The notes: generated from the sequence alone by a model not told the origin. Shown: positions 1 through 12,230, counted from the stretch's first letter. The stretch: 64,000 bases of DNA from Schizochytrium sp. TIO01 (GCA_004764695.1 SMSO01000032.1:7348483-7412482); one strand, 5' to 3'. Numbers and translations are program-made.

Positions 1-1663
1 TACCCCAGTATTGGTTCTCGATAGTACGAAGAGACTGTCGTACAACGATACCCTTTCCTCGGGCCTGCGCCTTTTGCATTCCATCCAACAACCCAACGAG
101 CTCATAGCGAGGAAATACTTGGTTATGTGCAAGGTTCTCCAGCACAGACTTCTTTTTATCGTCAACACCAAAGAGACTAGTCAGGGAGGCGTCAACATCA
201 CGAAAGTCGGGGTCCCTTTCAAAGGGGTTAAACCTTTCACGAGGTGATAAAGGGTTGGGGGAGTGAATAAAGACAACTACTTCCTGCAATCGGCGTCTAA
301 GAAGAGACAAGATGCCAAAGTTTTCTAAGCTTGCAGCATCTGACACCAACACAGGCTGAGAACTCACAGTTTCGCTTTCACTTTGTGTCACAGGCGACCA
401 ATACTCGACGCGCATCCCAATTTTGGAATCGAGGTACGAAAGCAAGGGAGATCCAGAGAGAAAAGATCCCGGCGCAAAAGAAGACGCTGCGGTTGCATGA
501 CCCAGTGAGAACTGTTGAGAAGGAATGGGCACATCCTGCAAGATGTTAGTGTAATTGTATGGCCCGAGGCCCATGAAGCCCTTGTCTACTTTACCGCCAA
601 ATGCAAAATTCTCGACATACCCGCCGACGCTGAGGTTGGCCGGTCGAGGCAGACCGTATTTGAGCGTGAGGTATTGAGGCGAACCAACGTAGAGGGAGTT
701 AAATTCCAAAGGAACGTAGTTATCGTTGTTGACCGCGAACGGCTCAACGGCCATTGGTCCAAGAATGGCAGCATTTAAAATTGGAAAAGGCTTACTTGGG
801 CATTCTTCGCGCCCCTCACAACGGTAAATGAAGGACTGGTTAGCCAAGACTGGATTGCGTTTTACCGCTTCTTCTCGTCTCATAGGAGACCATGCTACTT
901 GATCTTCGAATTCAATGCCAGCAGGGGCTAAAAAAGTCTGCCAAATGGCAGCTGGATAGACATCTGCAGGAGGGACAAGGTCCCAGAGAAGTTTGACGGC
1001 CACGACTTCTAAAAGATTTCTATTTACAGGAGATGCACGCCCGCATCGCGGGTCGAGCACCTTCAGTTGAGCCCGAGTAAGATTCTCAGGTGGCACGATT
1101 TCACCAAGGAAATCAGCTTCACTCAGGCCCACTTTTTCGCTCTGATAATAGGAGTAGGCCGCATTAGCCCACGAGCCACCAGATACAGAGCTAATGTATC
1201 GCGTACGATTGAGAAGGTTAAGGTCAAGGAGCGCACGAAGATATCCAAGCGAGAGAGTGTATGCCCGTGCGCCACCACCGGAAAGCCCGATTCCACTTTG
1301 AAACGATCCCTCTAAGAGCTTAGACTCAGGGTACTCGGGTTGTACCGTGTTTCCTTGATTTGCTTCAAGCAAAGCGCCTTTGTTGGTAAGAAACTCTGAC
1401 TCCACAACTTTAATCATGGGGTCCATATTCCATGCTTGAGCTGCCATGAGCACATCAAGGCTCTCCTCGTCGCTACTGCCCTCGTCATTTTTCTGTTTTG
1501 GAATGTCATAACCAGACACGGAATATTTTCGTTTCGCACGAAGAGCAGGGGCACCGGGGAGCTCTTTTATGGCAATACGTGAAACTGTACCAGCAAAGAT
1601 TGGGGTTGCTGCAAGGACAACCAGGGCGGTGAGCACGACCAACAGACTAAGAATATTTGCCAT
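1..1663 (-). pseudogene. Secreted lysophospholipase / cPLA2-patatin-like acyl hydrolase, broken by several frameshifts (pseudogene or sequence error); runs off the window start
   Basis: Manual minus-strand translation. ATG at 1663 gives a signal peptide (MANILSLLVVLTALVVLAA). At ~1290-1150: GIGLSGGGARAYTLSLGYLRALLDLNLLNRTRYISSVSGGSWANAAY (SGGG-x-RA oxyanion loop and S-V-S-G-G nucleophile). At ~350-270: VLVSDAASLENFGILSLLRRRLQEVVVFI (catalytic Asp region). No continuous ORF in the track, so the frame is interrupted. Confidence 0.8.
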
Positions 1664-3883
1664 GTGTGGGGTCGCAGTTGGGTTACCTCAATCACCTGCC
1701 TGCCTTTCTAAAAGAGCTAAGTTCGGCAAGCTTACTCTATGCACGTGAGCTTACTTCCCGTTCCACAATCAATTTTGTATATATATTTATAATTTGCGAG
1801 AGATGAGAGTCGCTGAGTCGTGCCGCCTTTCCTGGGAGATTGACACGAAGTTTCACAGTTCTAAAACTGCCAATGAAAACAATGGCTACTATTGCTTGCT
1901 TTCTCTGCTTCCAGAACTATTTCTCTAAGCCTCACGAACGAAGCGCGTCGCAGTTCCTCTCAACGTACGCTACCAAATAATTACCCAGTAGAGTCTAAGA
2001 ACTGCCAACACTCTAAAAGTGTCTAGAGATCAAGAACTCCGTTGACAATGGCCGGGTTTCTTAATCTTAAGGAGGGAAAAGCGAGGCGTTCCACACCCAC
2101 AGCCACAAAGACACTTGGCTTTGAGTCTCTCGCCACAGCTATCAAACTTGATTCCTGCTGAGCCTCCTTTTCCCCAGAAACTCGCGCTTCCTCCTTCGAT
2201 CCAGCCACTATTCAATCTTAACCAAATAACTGACGAACTAATTCCTCGCTCCACGCCTCTCCAATCAGAGATGCTGCTCCGTAAGCCTCGCAGGCCAATC
2301 CCCGACAATTACTTTGTAAATTCAGGAAATCCCTCCGGGGCACACCAAAAACCAGTGCGTGAGAACTCAACAATAATCGCAACCTGGGCTTACTTCCTCA
2401 AGCAGCTAGCTTCTCCCTTCGGGTCCTCAGACCCTTCAAGTTCCGCTTGCTCCGTAGTGCGGCAAGTGACTGACAGTGCCCGCGAGCGACTCCGCAAGGC
2501 CTGCTCGCCGTCGAGCGCACGAACGGGCACGCGAGCGAGCGCTGGCGACTGCCTCGGGAACGGAAAGCGCTGCCTACGAGTCCCTTACCAAGAACCCTAG
2601 GACTACCCTTGTGCGTGCGTTGAGCAGGAAATCGCTCTCCTTATCAAAGGACTCCGCGGGAGCCCAATCGATCGGAAAGCGAGTCAAGTCGAGGCAACCG
2701 AGCTCCTCGGTATGCGATCAGGCCTTCGTCCACGAGGCGGAAGTCCTTCTTGCACGGCAGCAGCCAGGGCTGGCCAGGGTTTTGCGTTTGTGCGTGGATG
2801 ATAATAAATAAGCGATCTTGGTTTTTGTACTTTCCAGGAAAAGGAGAGGAAAAGGGAATGAATCGCGAGGGAGGACACACGAGAAACTCGCGAGGCTCTT
2901 CGGAACGGACCGTGCGGTTTTCAAGGCAGGGCCAAGGCGAGCTTCCGCCGCAGGCTCCGGGCCCCCTCGAACCTCCTGGTTGTCAGCAGCGATGCCGGTC
3001 TGGCACAAGCGCGAGGAGTTAATTCTTGTTCTCCTCGTACTCTCTGCTTTTGATTGTTCTCTTGTGCTTCTACTTCTAAGGCGCCCATTACTGTATAACA
3101 TAGTGTACCAGATCTACCTCATGTGGGGTTGGAACGGAACAGAACGCGTTCTTGGCGTTCTTTGGAGATGCGCTCAGGGCGAGCTAGGGGGTACACTGAA
3201 AGCCAGCCCTTGTTGATAGTATGTGACGTTGCTTCCGTCAGCTGACGACGTTGATAGGGGTTAATAGGGGGTAGCCATAGCTGTGGAGAGCAGGGGGTCC
3301 GGTGTTCTTTGGGGAACCATAAGTGGCGTAAACGGGAGGAGTGAAGATAGACCGGTTTTGAGATGAGATGAGGAAATCGGAAATATTAAGTCATTGAAGT
3401 TCGTGAAAGAAGGCTTTTGCTTGTTTGCTTTAAAGGCAAAGCGTCAAGGGGTTGATTGGCTTCTAAGGTGGTATTTGAAGGCGAAGGTGGATCATGGAAG
3501 TAGACGAGTACGTTTGGGTCAGGTAGCTTGGGCCTTGTGCAGGAAAGAGATGGACCTGAGGAAGCTTGTCTCCGAAGATGACGGGCGAATGGATTCTCTC
3601 CGATGCTACTGAGCGACAAGCAGCAAAATATAGCGTCTGTTGAGGCCTGCAGGCCTCTCTTCTCTGCGACGTGAAGGCAGCACGTGTTTGGATGGATATT
3701 CTACTCATTTTAAAATTTATAACAGGGTCTTGAGAGTTTTGAGAAGAATATTTTGGTGGTATGTTCTCTTATTCTGAGAGTTGGATGGCTAATGTGGAAA
3801 TTACATTCTGCTGTGATTTGACCTGTTCATTTCTTTGTTTGTACAAATATACGACCAATGTTGCCTTATGATTGACCCTTCAG

Positions 3884-4578
3884 GTGTCAGAACGCAGTCG
3901 ATGAGTGCATAGAGAAAGATGTTCGTGTCAAAAGCCTTATTGAGGCAGTAAGAAAAAAGGTTCCTTTTAATGTAGAGGTTTGCGACTGCTCGGCTGAAGA
4001 AGGGGTGGCTGCTACTTTTGCTCGCGCGTAAGTTCTGCGTCTATTGATGCATGCCAAATATTACTCTCAGTAAGTGCAATATAATGCTGACATGAAATGG
4101 TGGCCCCATGCACAGTTACTTTGCTGCTCCTAATATTAAAGATCTGGAATCTGAGGAGAAGCCACGCATAGTCATGTGCGCAAATGCGTTGCACTCTCGG
4201 CAAGAAGTAAGAGAAGCTCTTCGACACGAATTAGTGCACGCCTTTGACCATTGTGTTTCGCAACGTGATTTGGCCGAGCCGTACGGGCTGGCATGCTCGG
4301 AAATACGCGCTGCGCGAGAGGCTGAATGCCGAGACAATTTCCACAACCTCATGGGCGAGATCTTTTGTAAAAAGGTTGTGCGTGCAGATGCCTATTCTGA
4401 TACGCAAGATAACATGATCTGCCGCCAGTTGAAAGAATCATGTGCCAAGCACTACGCAACACTAAGTGTACGAGCTGTGTTTCCACAGAATGGGCTTCGC
4501 TGCGTAAGGGAGCAGTTTGGCCCATGCTACTCAGACTTTGCTCCGTTTAAGGACGGTACTGTGCATGAGAGCGCATAG
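3884..4578 (+). CDS. ATP23: Mitochondrial inner-membrane protease ATP23 (peptidase M76). Exons 3884-4027 and 4116-4578; first exon not securely located
   Basis: HELVHAFDHC (HExxH) and ACSEIRAA motifs. Intron 4028 (gtaagt) to 4115 (cacag) joins CQNAVDECIEKDVRVKSLIEAV...FAR to AYFAAP in frame. Acceptor cag at 3881-3883. Confidence 0.88.
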
Positions 4579-4689
4579 TAATCTAAAAATTCTGTGCTAT
4601 ACTCTGCCAATTGACTGTCTAGGCCTGACCAACTAACTACCTATTTGCCATTTATAAATAAAGCAATAAAGAATATATTGCAACTACAA

Positions 4690-5270
4690 AATCCGAAACG
4701 AAGATCAGCTTGTATCCTTCAGCTGGGTCTAAATTTATAAAGATTGCGTTCTATTAGGTTCGTAATCAGTTGAGCCCCCAAGCTTCCAATTGTTTCTACC
4801 ACACTAGGTACATAGATTACCTAGGGTAGTTTATACTTCGGCCTTTGCAGCAAAATGCATGTGCGTTATGTCTTCTTGCATGAACATGATCAACTACCTA
4901 CTACTATCACAACCCATCGCCAAGCAACTCCAATATCAAAATTTGAAGAGCAACTGCCACACCATTCTGAGCCGATGTGGCCAGCCAGTTTCGGATTTCA
5001 CGTATAAATTAGCAGCTTGTTAGACGATAGACCACCTCCTCTGCTCCCTGTGGTCTTTCTAGGTCGGAGCCTCGCTGCCTGCGTGCAACTTTTCGCACAT
5101 TTTGAGAGGTGGTCCTGATTCCGATGCCCCATTCATCCAGGCAAACTCCAGATATCCATCCAGATCTCCCCAAAACCCAGCTTCTCCTCCGTAATCAATT
5201 CCAGTCTTACGAGTCCTCTTCGCCTTGGTTCTTTCCGCTTCCTTCCTCAATATCCATCCATACAATCTTT
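4690..5270 (-). mobile_element. Possible heavily decayed 3' end of an RLE-type (CRE/R2-like) non-LTR retrotransposon
   Basis: Minus-strand VVETIGSLG (4775-4802) resembles the P-x-x-x-E-T-x-G-x-x-G motif at the end of restriction-like endonuclease domains; upstream KMCEK..DH could be a relic CCHC knuckle. Many stops. Confidence 0.3.
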
Positions 5271-6708
5271 TGTATTACAATAGTTTTAGCTTCTTCAAAA
5301 CTTTAAGAGCACAATCTATCAATTAGCAGGTACCTACAACGACCTATGCTCCCTACTCCGCCTGCGAAGAGGGAAAAAGAGCTAAAAGGAAACCTTTTCA
5401 GCTACAACTGCTAAAAAAGCACTAATTCGATTCCTAGCAAAGAAAACGAAGGTAAAAGGAAAAAGGAGTACGACGATCAAACACCAAAATATCCAACTCC
5501 ATTAAACACACCTTCCATACCCCCTCCCCGCCGCGGCCCGTGCTCCTTTGCTTTATTATATAGGTGTGTAAACTTTCCGACTTGGGGAGCTAGGTGGAAC
5601 TCTTTAGCGCCATGTGCGAGGCTTCACAAGGTCCCACCCCAAGTGCGGAATGCCCACCCCACAAGTGACTTATAGCTGCAGTACAATACGTTATAGAACG
5701 TGTGCAAGTGGAAAATACCATGGGCAAGTGGAGTATAGCCTCTTAATCATTCTCTTTTGTCAATTAAAAATTATTATTTTTTAATTGAATACTTTCAAGT
5801 TGTGAAAAGAGAGATAGAAAATTAATTAATTGGCTTTGTTGTTTGTTTGTTTGTCTTCTTGCGGAGTCGGGCAGACGGACCTCGCTGGAAAAGGAGTCAG
5901 ACTTCCTCGAAGATGCTCTGAGCGGACCCTTGGCCCTCAGGACCTCTTGTTTGTGGCATCGTTACTCATCCTCCACCGCGGACTTCCCTCCGGCGAGATC
6001 TGCGCAAGACCTGAGCTGGAGCCGAGATAGCAATTGCTCAATCTGTGCAGAGAGAGAGAAAAAGAAAAAAACAAACAAAGGGAACAAAAACATATTTATA
6101 GGTACTGTTAATAATAATAGGCAGTGAAGACAACTCATTCCTTTACTTTTCATTTGTGTGAATGATGATACGTAAGTATGTATGTATGCATGAATGAATG
6201 ACATGTATGACATGTTCCCTAGAAAAGAAAGTATCGATCGTATGTGTAGACAGCCTTTATTTACTTACTTACTTACTTACTTACTTATTAATTGCACATC
6301 GTAAGTGCTTTCTTTCTTTCTTTCTTTCTTTCTTTCACCTTTCTGCACTTCTTTTAATAGTGAAAAGAAAAGATAAAATCTATCTATCTATCTATCGGTC
6401 AATCTATTGTAGATTAGTATGAGGGATATTAGAGATGAAAATGATCTGTGAAGAAGAGACAAAGAGAAACAAAGAGAAAGCAGAGCTCTTTCCTTCTTTC
6501 CCTCGTTCACGGTCCTTGCGCGCGGTGAGGCTCGCGACCGCTCGGAGCGCGCCCCGGAGGACGGAGACGATATTGGAAACCTTGTGTTCACCTCCCACGC
6601 AGCACCCCCACGTCACAGCGCCCCTGAACCGCTTTGACGCCAACTCTATCTATCCAGCGCATCTAGCTACTAGCTAGATATCCTTTTGGCTGCCTACCCT
6701 CTTAAACT

Positions 6709-6709
<1 letters not shown>

Positions 6710-6748
<39 letters not shown>
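6710..6748. repeat. (GCTT)n microsatellite upstream of ARP3
   Basis: About 9-10 perfect GCTT units read directly. Confidence 0.95.
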
Positions 6749-6936
6749 CTCTTGCTCGCAAGGTTTGCAGATCAAAGTGAGCTGTAGCTGCTCGCTTACT
6801 CCTGTGTCATTTGTTTCGCGACGTGGTTTGAATCCTTGCTTGGATTTGTTAATTTTACCGAGGTCTCGGGATTAAATTTTGGCCAGCTAGGTGGTTGATT
6901 GTCGATTTTGGCTGATTTCTTAAAGACAAAAGCACC

Positions 6937-8387
6937 ATGAGCTTTCCGGAGAAGCCCGCAGTTGTCATTGACAATGGTACAGGTTACACGAAGATGGGTT
7001 ATGCAGGAAACTGCGAACCTAACTACATCATCCCCACGCTCATCGCTAACCCGCTGAGCGACTCTGGCACACGCGGTACTGTCCGTAATGCTGAGGGTCT
7101 TGGCGACTTAGATTTCTACGTTGGTAACGAGGCCCAGCAACACGCATCTTCGTATCAGATCAACTACCCAATTAAGCACGGTATCATTGAGAACTGGGAC
7201 AACATGGAAAAGATGTGGCAGCGCTGTATCTTCAAGATGCTTAAGTGTGAGCCGGAAGAGCACTACTTCTTGCTTACCGAGCCACCCCTTAACACCCCAG
7301 AGAACCGTGAGTACACTGCCGAGGTCATGTTTGAAACCTTTAATGTTCCTGGTCTCTACATTGCCGTGCAGGCCATCCTTGCTCTTGCTGCTAGTTGGAC
7401 CTCCAAGAAGCTCGAAGAGCGCACTCTTACTGGTACTGTGATTGACTCCGGTGATGGTGTCACTCACGTCATTCCTGTAGCCGATGGTTACGTCATTGGC
7501 TCCAGCATCAAGCACATTCCGCTCGCTGGCCGTGATGTTACCAACTTCATTGCTGGTATGCTCCGCGACCGCAAGGAGCCTGTTCCCCCAGAAGATATTC
7601 TCCTTGCTGCCAAGTCGCTCAAGGAGCGTCACTGTTACACGTGCCCTGACCTTGTGCGTGAGTTCCAAAAGTACGATAACGACCCTGAGAAGTACTTCAA
7701 GATCTTCTCTGGCATTCACTCGCGCACTGGTAAGGAATGGCAGTGTGATGTTGGCTACGAGCGCTTCTTGGCGCCCGAAATCTTTTTTTCTCCGGAGATC
7801 TTCAACCCGCAGTTCTCCACCCCTCTGCCTGAGGTCGTTGACAAGTCGATCTTGTCTTGCCCGATCGACACTCGACGAGGCCTGTACCGCAACATTGTTC
7901 TCTCGGGTGGATCTTCCCTCTTTCGTGACTTTGGTCGCCGTCTCCAGCGAGACATCAAAAAGATTGTTGATACCCGTCTTGAGAAGAACTGGGCTCAGAA
8001 CCCGCGCTTCAAAAAGACCTCCGGATCAGAGATGGGTAAGTTTGTTTTTAGATCTTGCGGGTGTTTACACCCATTTCAGCTCGCACTCTACACGATGTTT
8101 CTTTGTATTTTTAATTTTTGGGATGGGGAGGTTTTTTTCCGACATATGAATGGATTGACTAACATTTTGATTGCTGGTTTGATCTCTCAACGCCTGCATT
8201 ATTTATTATCTATAACACAGAGGTCAAGGTTGTTTCGCACGCTTTGCAGCGCTATGCCGTGTGGTTTGGTGGAAGTATGCTCTCCTCCACAGCCGAATTT
8301 TACCGCGTCTGCCACACCCGCGAGGCCTATCTCGAGGAGGGCCCTCGTATTGCCCGCCACAACCCTGTTTTTTCAGCCCAGATCTAA
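6937..8387 (+). CDS. ARP3: Actin-related protein 3 (Arp2/3 complex). Exons 6937-8035 and 8221-8387
   Basis: [40 protein letters not shown] and [19 protein letters not shown] are Arp3-specific. Intron 8036 (gtaagt) to 8220 (acacag) restores the Arp3 C-terminus [18 protein letters not shown]...[21 protein letters not shown]. Confidence 0.97.
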
Positions 8388-9200
8388 TTTGCTTGCTTCA
8401 CCATATATACTTTCAGCAACTAAAAAGATTGAAACTAGTTTTTTCCTTTGCATCTAATTTTCCCTTCGTCCGTTGCTAAACATATACAGCGAACGAATTC
8501 GTACATTAATTTCTATTCCCGAAACAAAATCATCTAATCACTTACCTGATTTTCTATTATTGAGGTTTAAAGCTCAGGTGAATCGAAGTTCCTCCTATTA
8601 TATGTTAGATAAGCATGGGCAAGTTAGTAGAGTGCATATACACCAACTTTCATTGATCCCTTATGCAAACCTTTCATAATTTCTATGCGGAATATCTTGA
8701 GTTTGCTGAAATACAAGAGCTTGGGCACCTCTTTTTTGTTACGTTTCGCCTATAATGCTTTCGGTTTTCATCAATTCAAAACATGCTCGAAGCATGCCCC
8801 AGATTGATTTCTCGCTATAATAGTTGTTCTGCAAAGTAATGAAAGTACGCAACTATGCCTAAATCCTTTGTAGAGCAATGGTAACCATGAGAATTCTCAG
8901 TACAAATACAGTAGGCTCGCTCCGCGGCTAGACAATCAAATAGAGATGCGTTCAAAAAGACAAATTAATCTTTGGATAAACTTAAAGGGAGAATTTGGGT
9001 GTCTTACTAGAGGAAATAAAGAAAGTTACATCGAGAATGAGATTGGGTTCTAATATATCTCCTGCTCAACTATATACACTATAGAACAGGAATGTGGAAT
9101 TCTCTTATGAAGATAAATATAAAGGATAGTAATATACATACACATAGAAAATATAATTTGATACCTTATTCATGAGCTGGCTAAACATGTGTGCCAGGTC

Positions 9201-10430
9201 CTAATACTTATTTTGCGCCTTCAGCTCGAGGCCAACACGGTCCTCAAGAAGCTTGGCACAGGCAGTAAAATCAACATCACGTCCAAGTTTGTCACGGGTT
9301 TCCTCAATCAGGTCAACAGCTTGGCTCAGGATCCCCTGTTTCATAGAGCCGCGAAGAATATCTCGCACAATTGCACAATTTTTCTCCATTTGCTCTAACG
9401 AGGTACCTCGGTTAAATTGGCGCGAAAGCACATGTTCCGGGACCAGTTCATATGTAGCCACACTGCGCGCCGATGATGAATTTAGTGCGTCAAGAGCAAC
9501 GGTAGGGTCTACGCCATTTTTGGCTAGCGCAAGCAAGCCCTCCGTGGCCAAAAGCAAGTTTCCGGCACTCATGACATCTGAAACCGCTTTCAGGGCCCTT
9601 CCGCTTCCAACGTCGCCTGCCAACACCACCTTCTTACCCAATATCTGTAAAATAACCTTGACCTCCTCAAAAACATCCTTATTCGGGGCTCCCACCGCAA
9701 ATGCTACATTCGCCTCACGCATGTCCTCAATTTTACCCGCCATCGACGCGTCCACGTAACGGATCCCGCGCTTGGCCAGCTCTTCAGCCAGTGCCCTCGC
9801 GGCTTCTGGAGTTACTTCGAGCGAGCAGTCTACTACTGTCACATTTGCGTTCTGCATGTCCTTCCCTGGGCTGTTTTCAGCAACCCCATCGTCAAGTTTA
9901 CCCAAATTACTAGAGGAGATTTTATCAACGACCTCGCGAACGTCCTCCGCGGAGTTGAGTCTACAGAAGACGAACCTACAGTCTTCAACGCACTCCGCGG
10001 CGGACTCACAGGCAGCAGTGCTGTATGCCTTGCGGTGTTCAGCAGCCCTTGTTGCGTCCCTAGGGTCAAACACAGCAACTTTAAGCCTGCTATGCGAGTG
10101 AAGTAGGCCTGCCATGCGCGAGCCGACGGCATCCAAACCCACAAAGGCCACGCGGCACCGTGGCACTGGGCTCCACGTCACCGACCGGCCGTCTACCATC
10201 CTGCCCGTCGTCGCCTCTCCTACATTCCGCACGACAAAGATCACGCTCGCAACAGCTGCCACAGACCAGAAAAGAGACACGCCAGCTCCGTACGATTCGC
10301 CCAGCCTGTACAGCACCATGAGCAGCACCGCCACACCCATGACATTCGGCACCGCAAGCAACGTCAGCTCCGGCGCCTGCATAACTCCGCCGCCGCTGCC
10401 TTGCTCGTTTTTCGCGGGAGGGGCCGCCAT
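9201..10430 (-). CDS. Beta-hydroxyacid dehydrogenase family protein (3-hydroxyisobutyrate DH / NAD_binding_2+11) with two N-terminal hydrophobic segments
   Basis: VAFVGLDAVGSRMA Rossmann-like start, VVDCS, GIRYVDASMAG, GDVGSGRALK (catalytic Lys), ATEGLLALAKNGVDP. Confidence 0.85.
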   Translation of the reverse strand: MAAPPAKNEQGSGGGVMQAPELTLLAVPNVMGVAVLLMVLYRLGESYGAGVSLFWSVAAVASVIFVVRNVGEATTGRMVDGRSVTWSPVPRCRVAFVGLDAVGSRMAGLLHSHSRLKVAVFDPRDATRAAEHRKAYSTAACESAAECVEDCRFVFCRLNSAEDVREVVDKISSSNLGKLDDGVAENSPGKDMQNANVTVVDCSLEVTPEAARALAEELAKRGIRYVDASMAGKIEDMREANVAFAVGAPNKDVFEEVKVILQILGKKVVLAGDVGSGRALKAVSDVMSAGNLLLATEGLLALAKNGVDPTVALDALNSSSARSVATYELVPEHVLSRQFNRGTSLEQMEKNCAIVRDILRGSMKQGILSQAVDLIEETRDKLGRDVDFTACAKLLEDRVGLELKAQNKY

Positions 10431-12116
10431 CGCGTCCGCGAGATGATTCGGCCGTCGTCAACTTGGATCAGTTCCGGCTTTGGTCAAACCTGATACAGTC
10501 TCTGACCTGACCTGAGCTAACCTGATCAAACCTGATCTGTTCGCCACGGAGGCGTCCCTCGAGAGCGTTAAATACGGAAGGAAACAAGGACGCAACTAAG
10601 CACACAACGAAGCTTACGCGCCACAGTCGCTGAGGTTTACGACTCGATGGAAACAGGCGACGCACTCCGCAATGCCCGACTGCAAGCATGCGGCTTGCAC
10701 CTCATTGAAGCTCTACATTCAAAGCTCCAAACCTGTGACCTCTTCGAACTTGAACTTCAACTGTGAACATAGAAGTGAATGAATCTGCAGTGCAAATGCT
10801 TTGAAAATGAGTGTGTACCAACTAACCATCGTGGTAACTACTGCGTAGGCACCACTACTAACAGTGTGGAAGAACAGGGCTTGCAGAACAGAACAGCGGA
10901 GGAAGTATATATTATTACAGCGTTACGTACGTACTATGTGCACTCTTCTGTCAAACAGATTCGCAATTGCCGCTGCGTAAGTTGGATTGGATTGCGAGTT
11001 CGCCGACGACTTCAATGAAAGGAGCCTGAGCAAGTTTCATGCAAAGTACAGGACAAGTGGAGTCCGGCTCAGCCTCGAGTGCCACGGCGAGAACAGAGCA
11101 GTTCACAAATGTAAGAGCAATTGAATGTTAATTTGGTGACAACGAGGGTTCATTCACGTTCATCGGGCGCCTTCTCTTCTTGTAAGTGTGGGAAGGCAGG
11201 CGAAGGCTATGGACAAAGCGAAGAGAAGCTGGCTGCAGCTTGCGTGAAAACACAAGGCCAACTGAAATCGTAGAACCGCTCGCAAACCCGAATGTGCTTC
11301 CGTTGTCGAGGAGGCAAGTAACCGAGGCGCGAGTACGGCCAGACAGACTAAAACGGATGCCGAGCTCGCAGGAATCGCTGAGCTTTGGGGATGTGCAACG
11401 ACGACTCGGCCTCGTCTGGCTGTAGTTGCGCTGGAAAGGGGCTTGCTTATATGGTATATGAATGTGCTGAGTCGATGAAGACTACAGGAAATGTGAAGGA
11501 TAACAAGGTCGCAATGTTCAAGACCATGGCGAAGACCACCTTCGGCCAAGAACTTGGGCACGGTGGAGCCTTGGCGAAACAGAGACTGGACAGCTGGCAA
11601 GAACTTGAGCTGGTTGGCGGGCTCGCTCAGGAATGCAAGCGAGAATAACGGTGGACATGAGCGATGCGATAGGGTCTTGGCGAGCACCGGCGGCTTGAAG
11701 AGGCTTGAGGAGGGCTCGCGATGCAGAGCGGCGGGCTGAGGAGATAGAGGAAGAGAAAGCGGCTTGAAGAAGAGGGAAATACGTACATGACTACTGCAAG
11801 GAGGATCAGAAGGGCAGCTGCGAAGCAGAGAAAATACATATTCACCAGGACAAAGCTACGCATCGACTGCTCCAAGGCAACCTGAAAAAGGCTCATCTTT
11901 GTTAGAGCCTACTTCGGAGGGATGTGTGTGATCTAGACGAGAGCAGAGGTGCCTGAGAGGAAGCAGAGGGACCGCGAGGGCGAGTGGCGTAGGATTAAGA
12001 AACACGAGAAGAAAGGCCATGCTGGTTTGTTTGGTCGCTGAGGTTTGTCTTTCTTAGCCTGGTTACTTAGCCTTGAAATTTACGGGGGCGGGTACTCGTG
12101 GTAATAGTTAGTTATG

Positions 12117-12230
12117 ACACTTAGGAATTATCCTGTAAGATTTGCCAAACATGCACTTTCTGGGGTGACTTGGGACTAAGGCCTAATCGGGTCCAAAAAT
12201 AATTTGAGACTCAATGACGAGTATTAAAAT
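12117..12230 (-). ncRNA. Putative omegaRNA scaffold region of Fanzor copy 1 (degenerate)
   Basis: Directly downstream of the nuclease fragment; its last 66 nt align without gaps to the 3' end of copy 2 (51/66). Function inferred from TnpB/Fanzor architecture. Confidence 0.5.

Noticed and set aside
5850-6650. Possible spliced minus-strand gene divergent from ARP3 (good acceptor at ~6044)
   Set aside because: Could not assemble an ATG-led ORF with any recognisable motif; may be non-coding.
8036-8457. 506-aa ARP3 ORF with a novel hydrophobic C-terminus
   Set aside because: Read-through into a GT-AG intron; splicing restores the canonical Arp3 end at 8387.
11000-11900. GC-richer tract with overlapping 60-175-aa ORFs on both strands next to Fanzor copy 1
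   Set aside because: No recognisable domain and no consistent frame; cannot link it to the Fanzor element.
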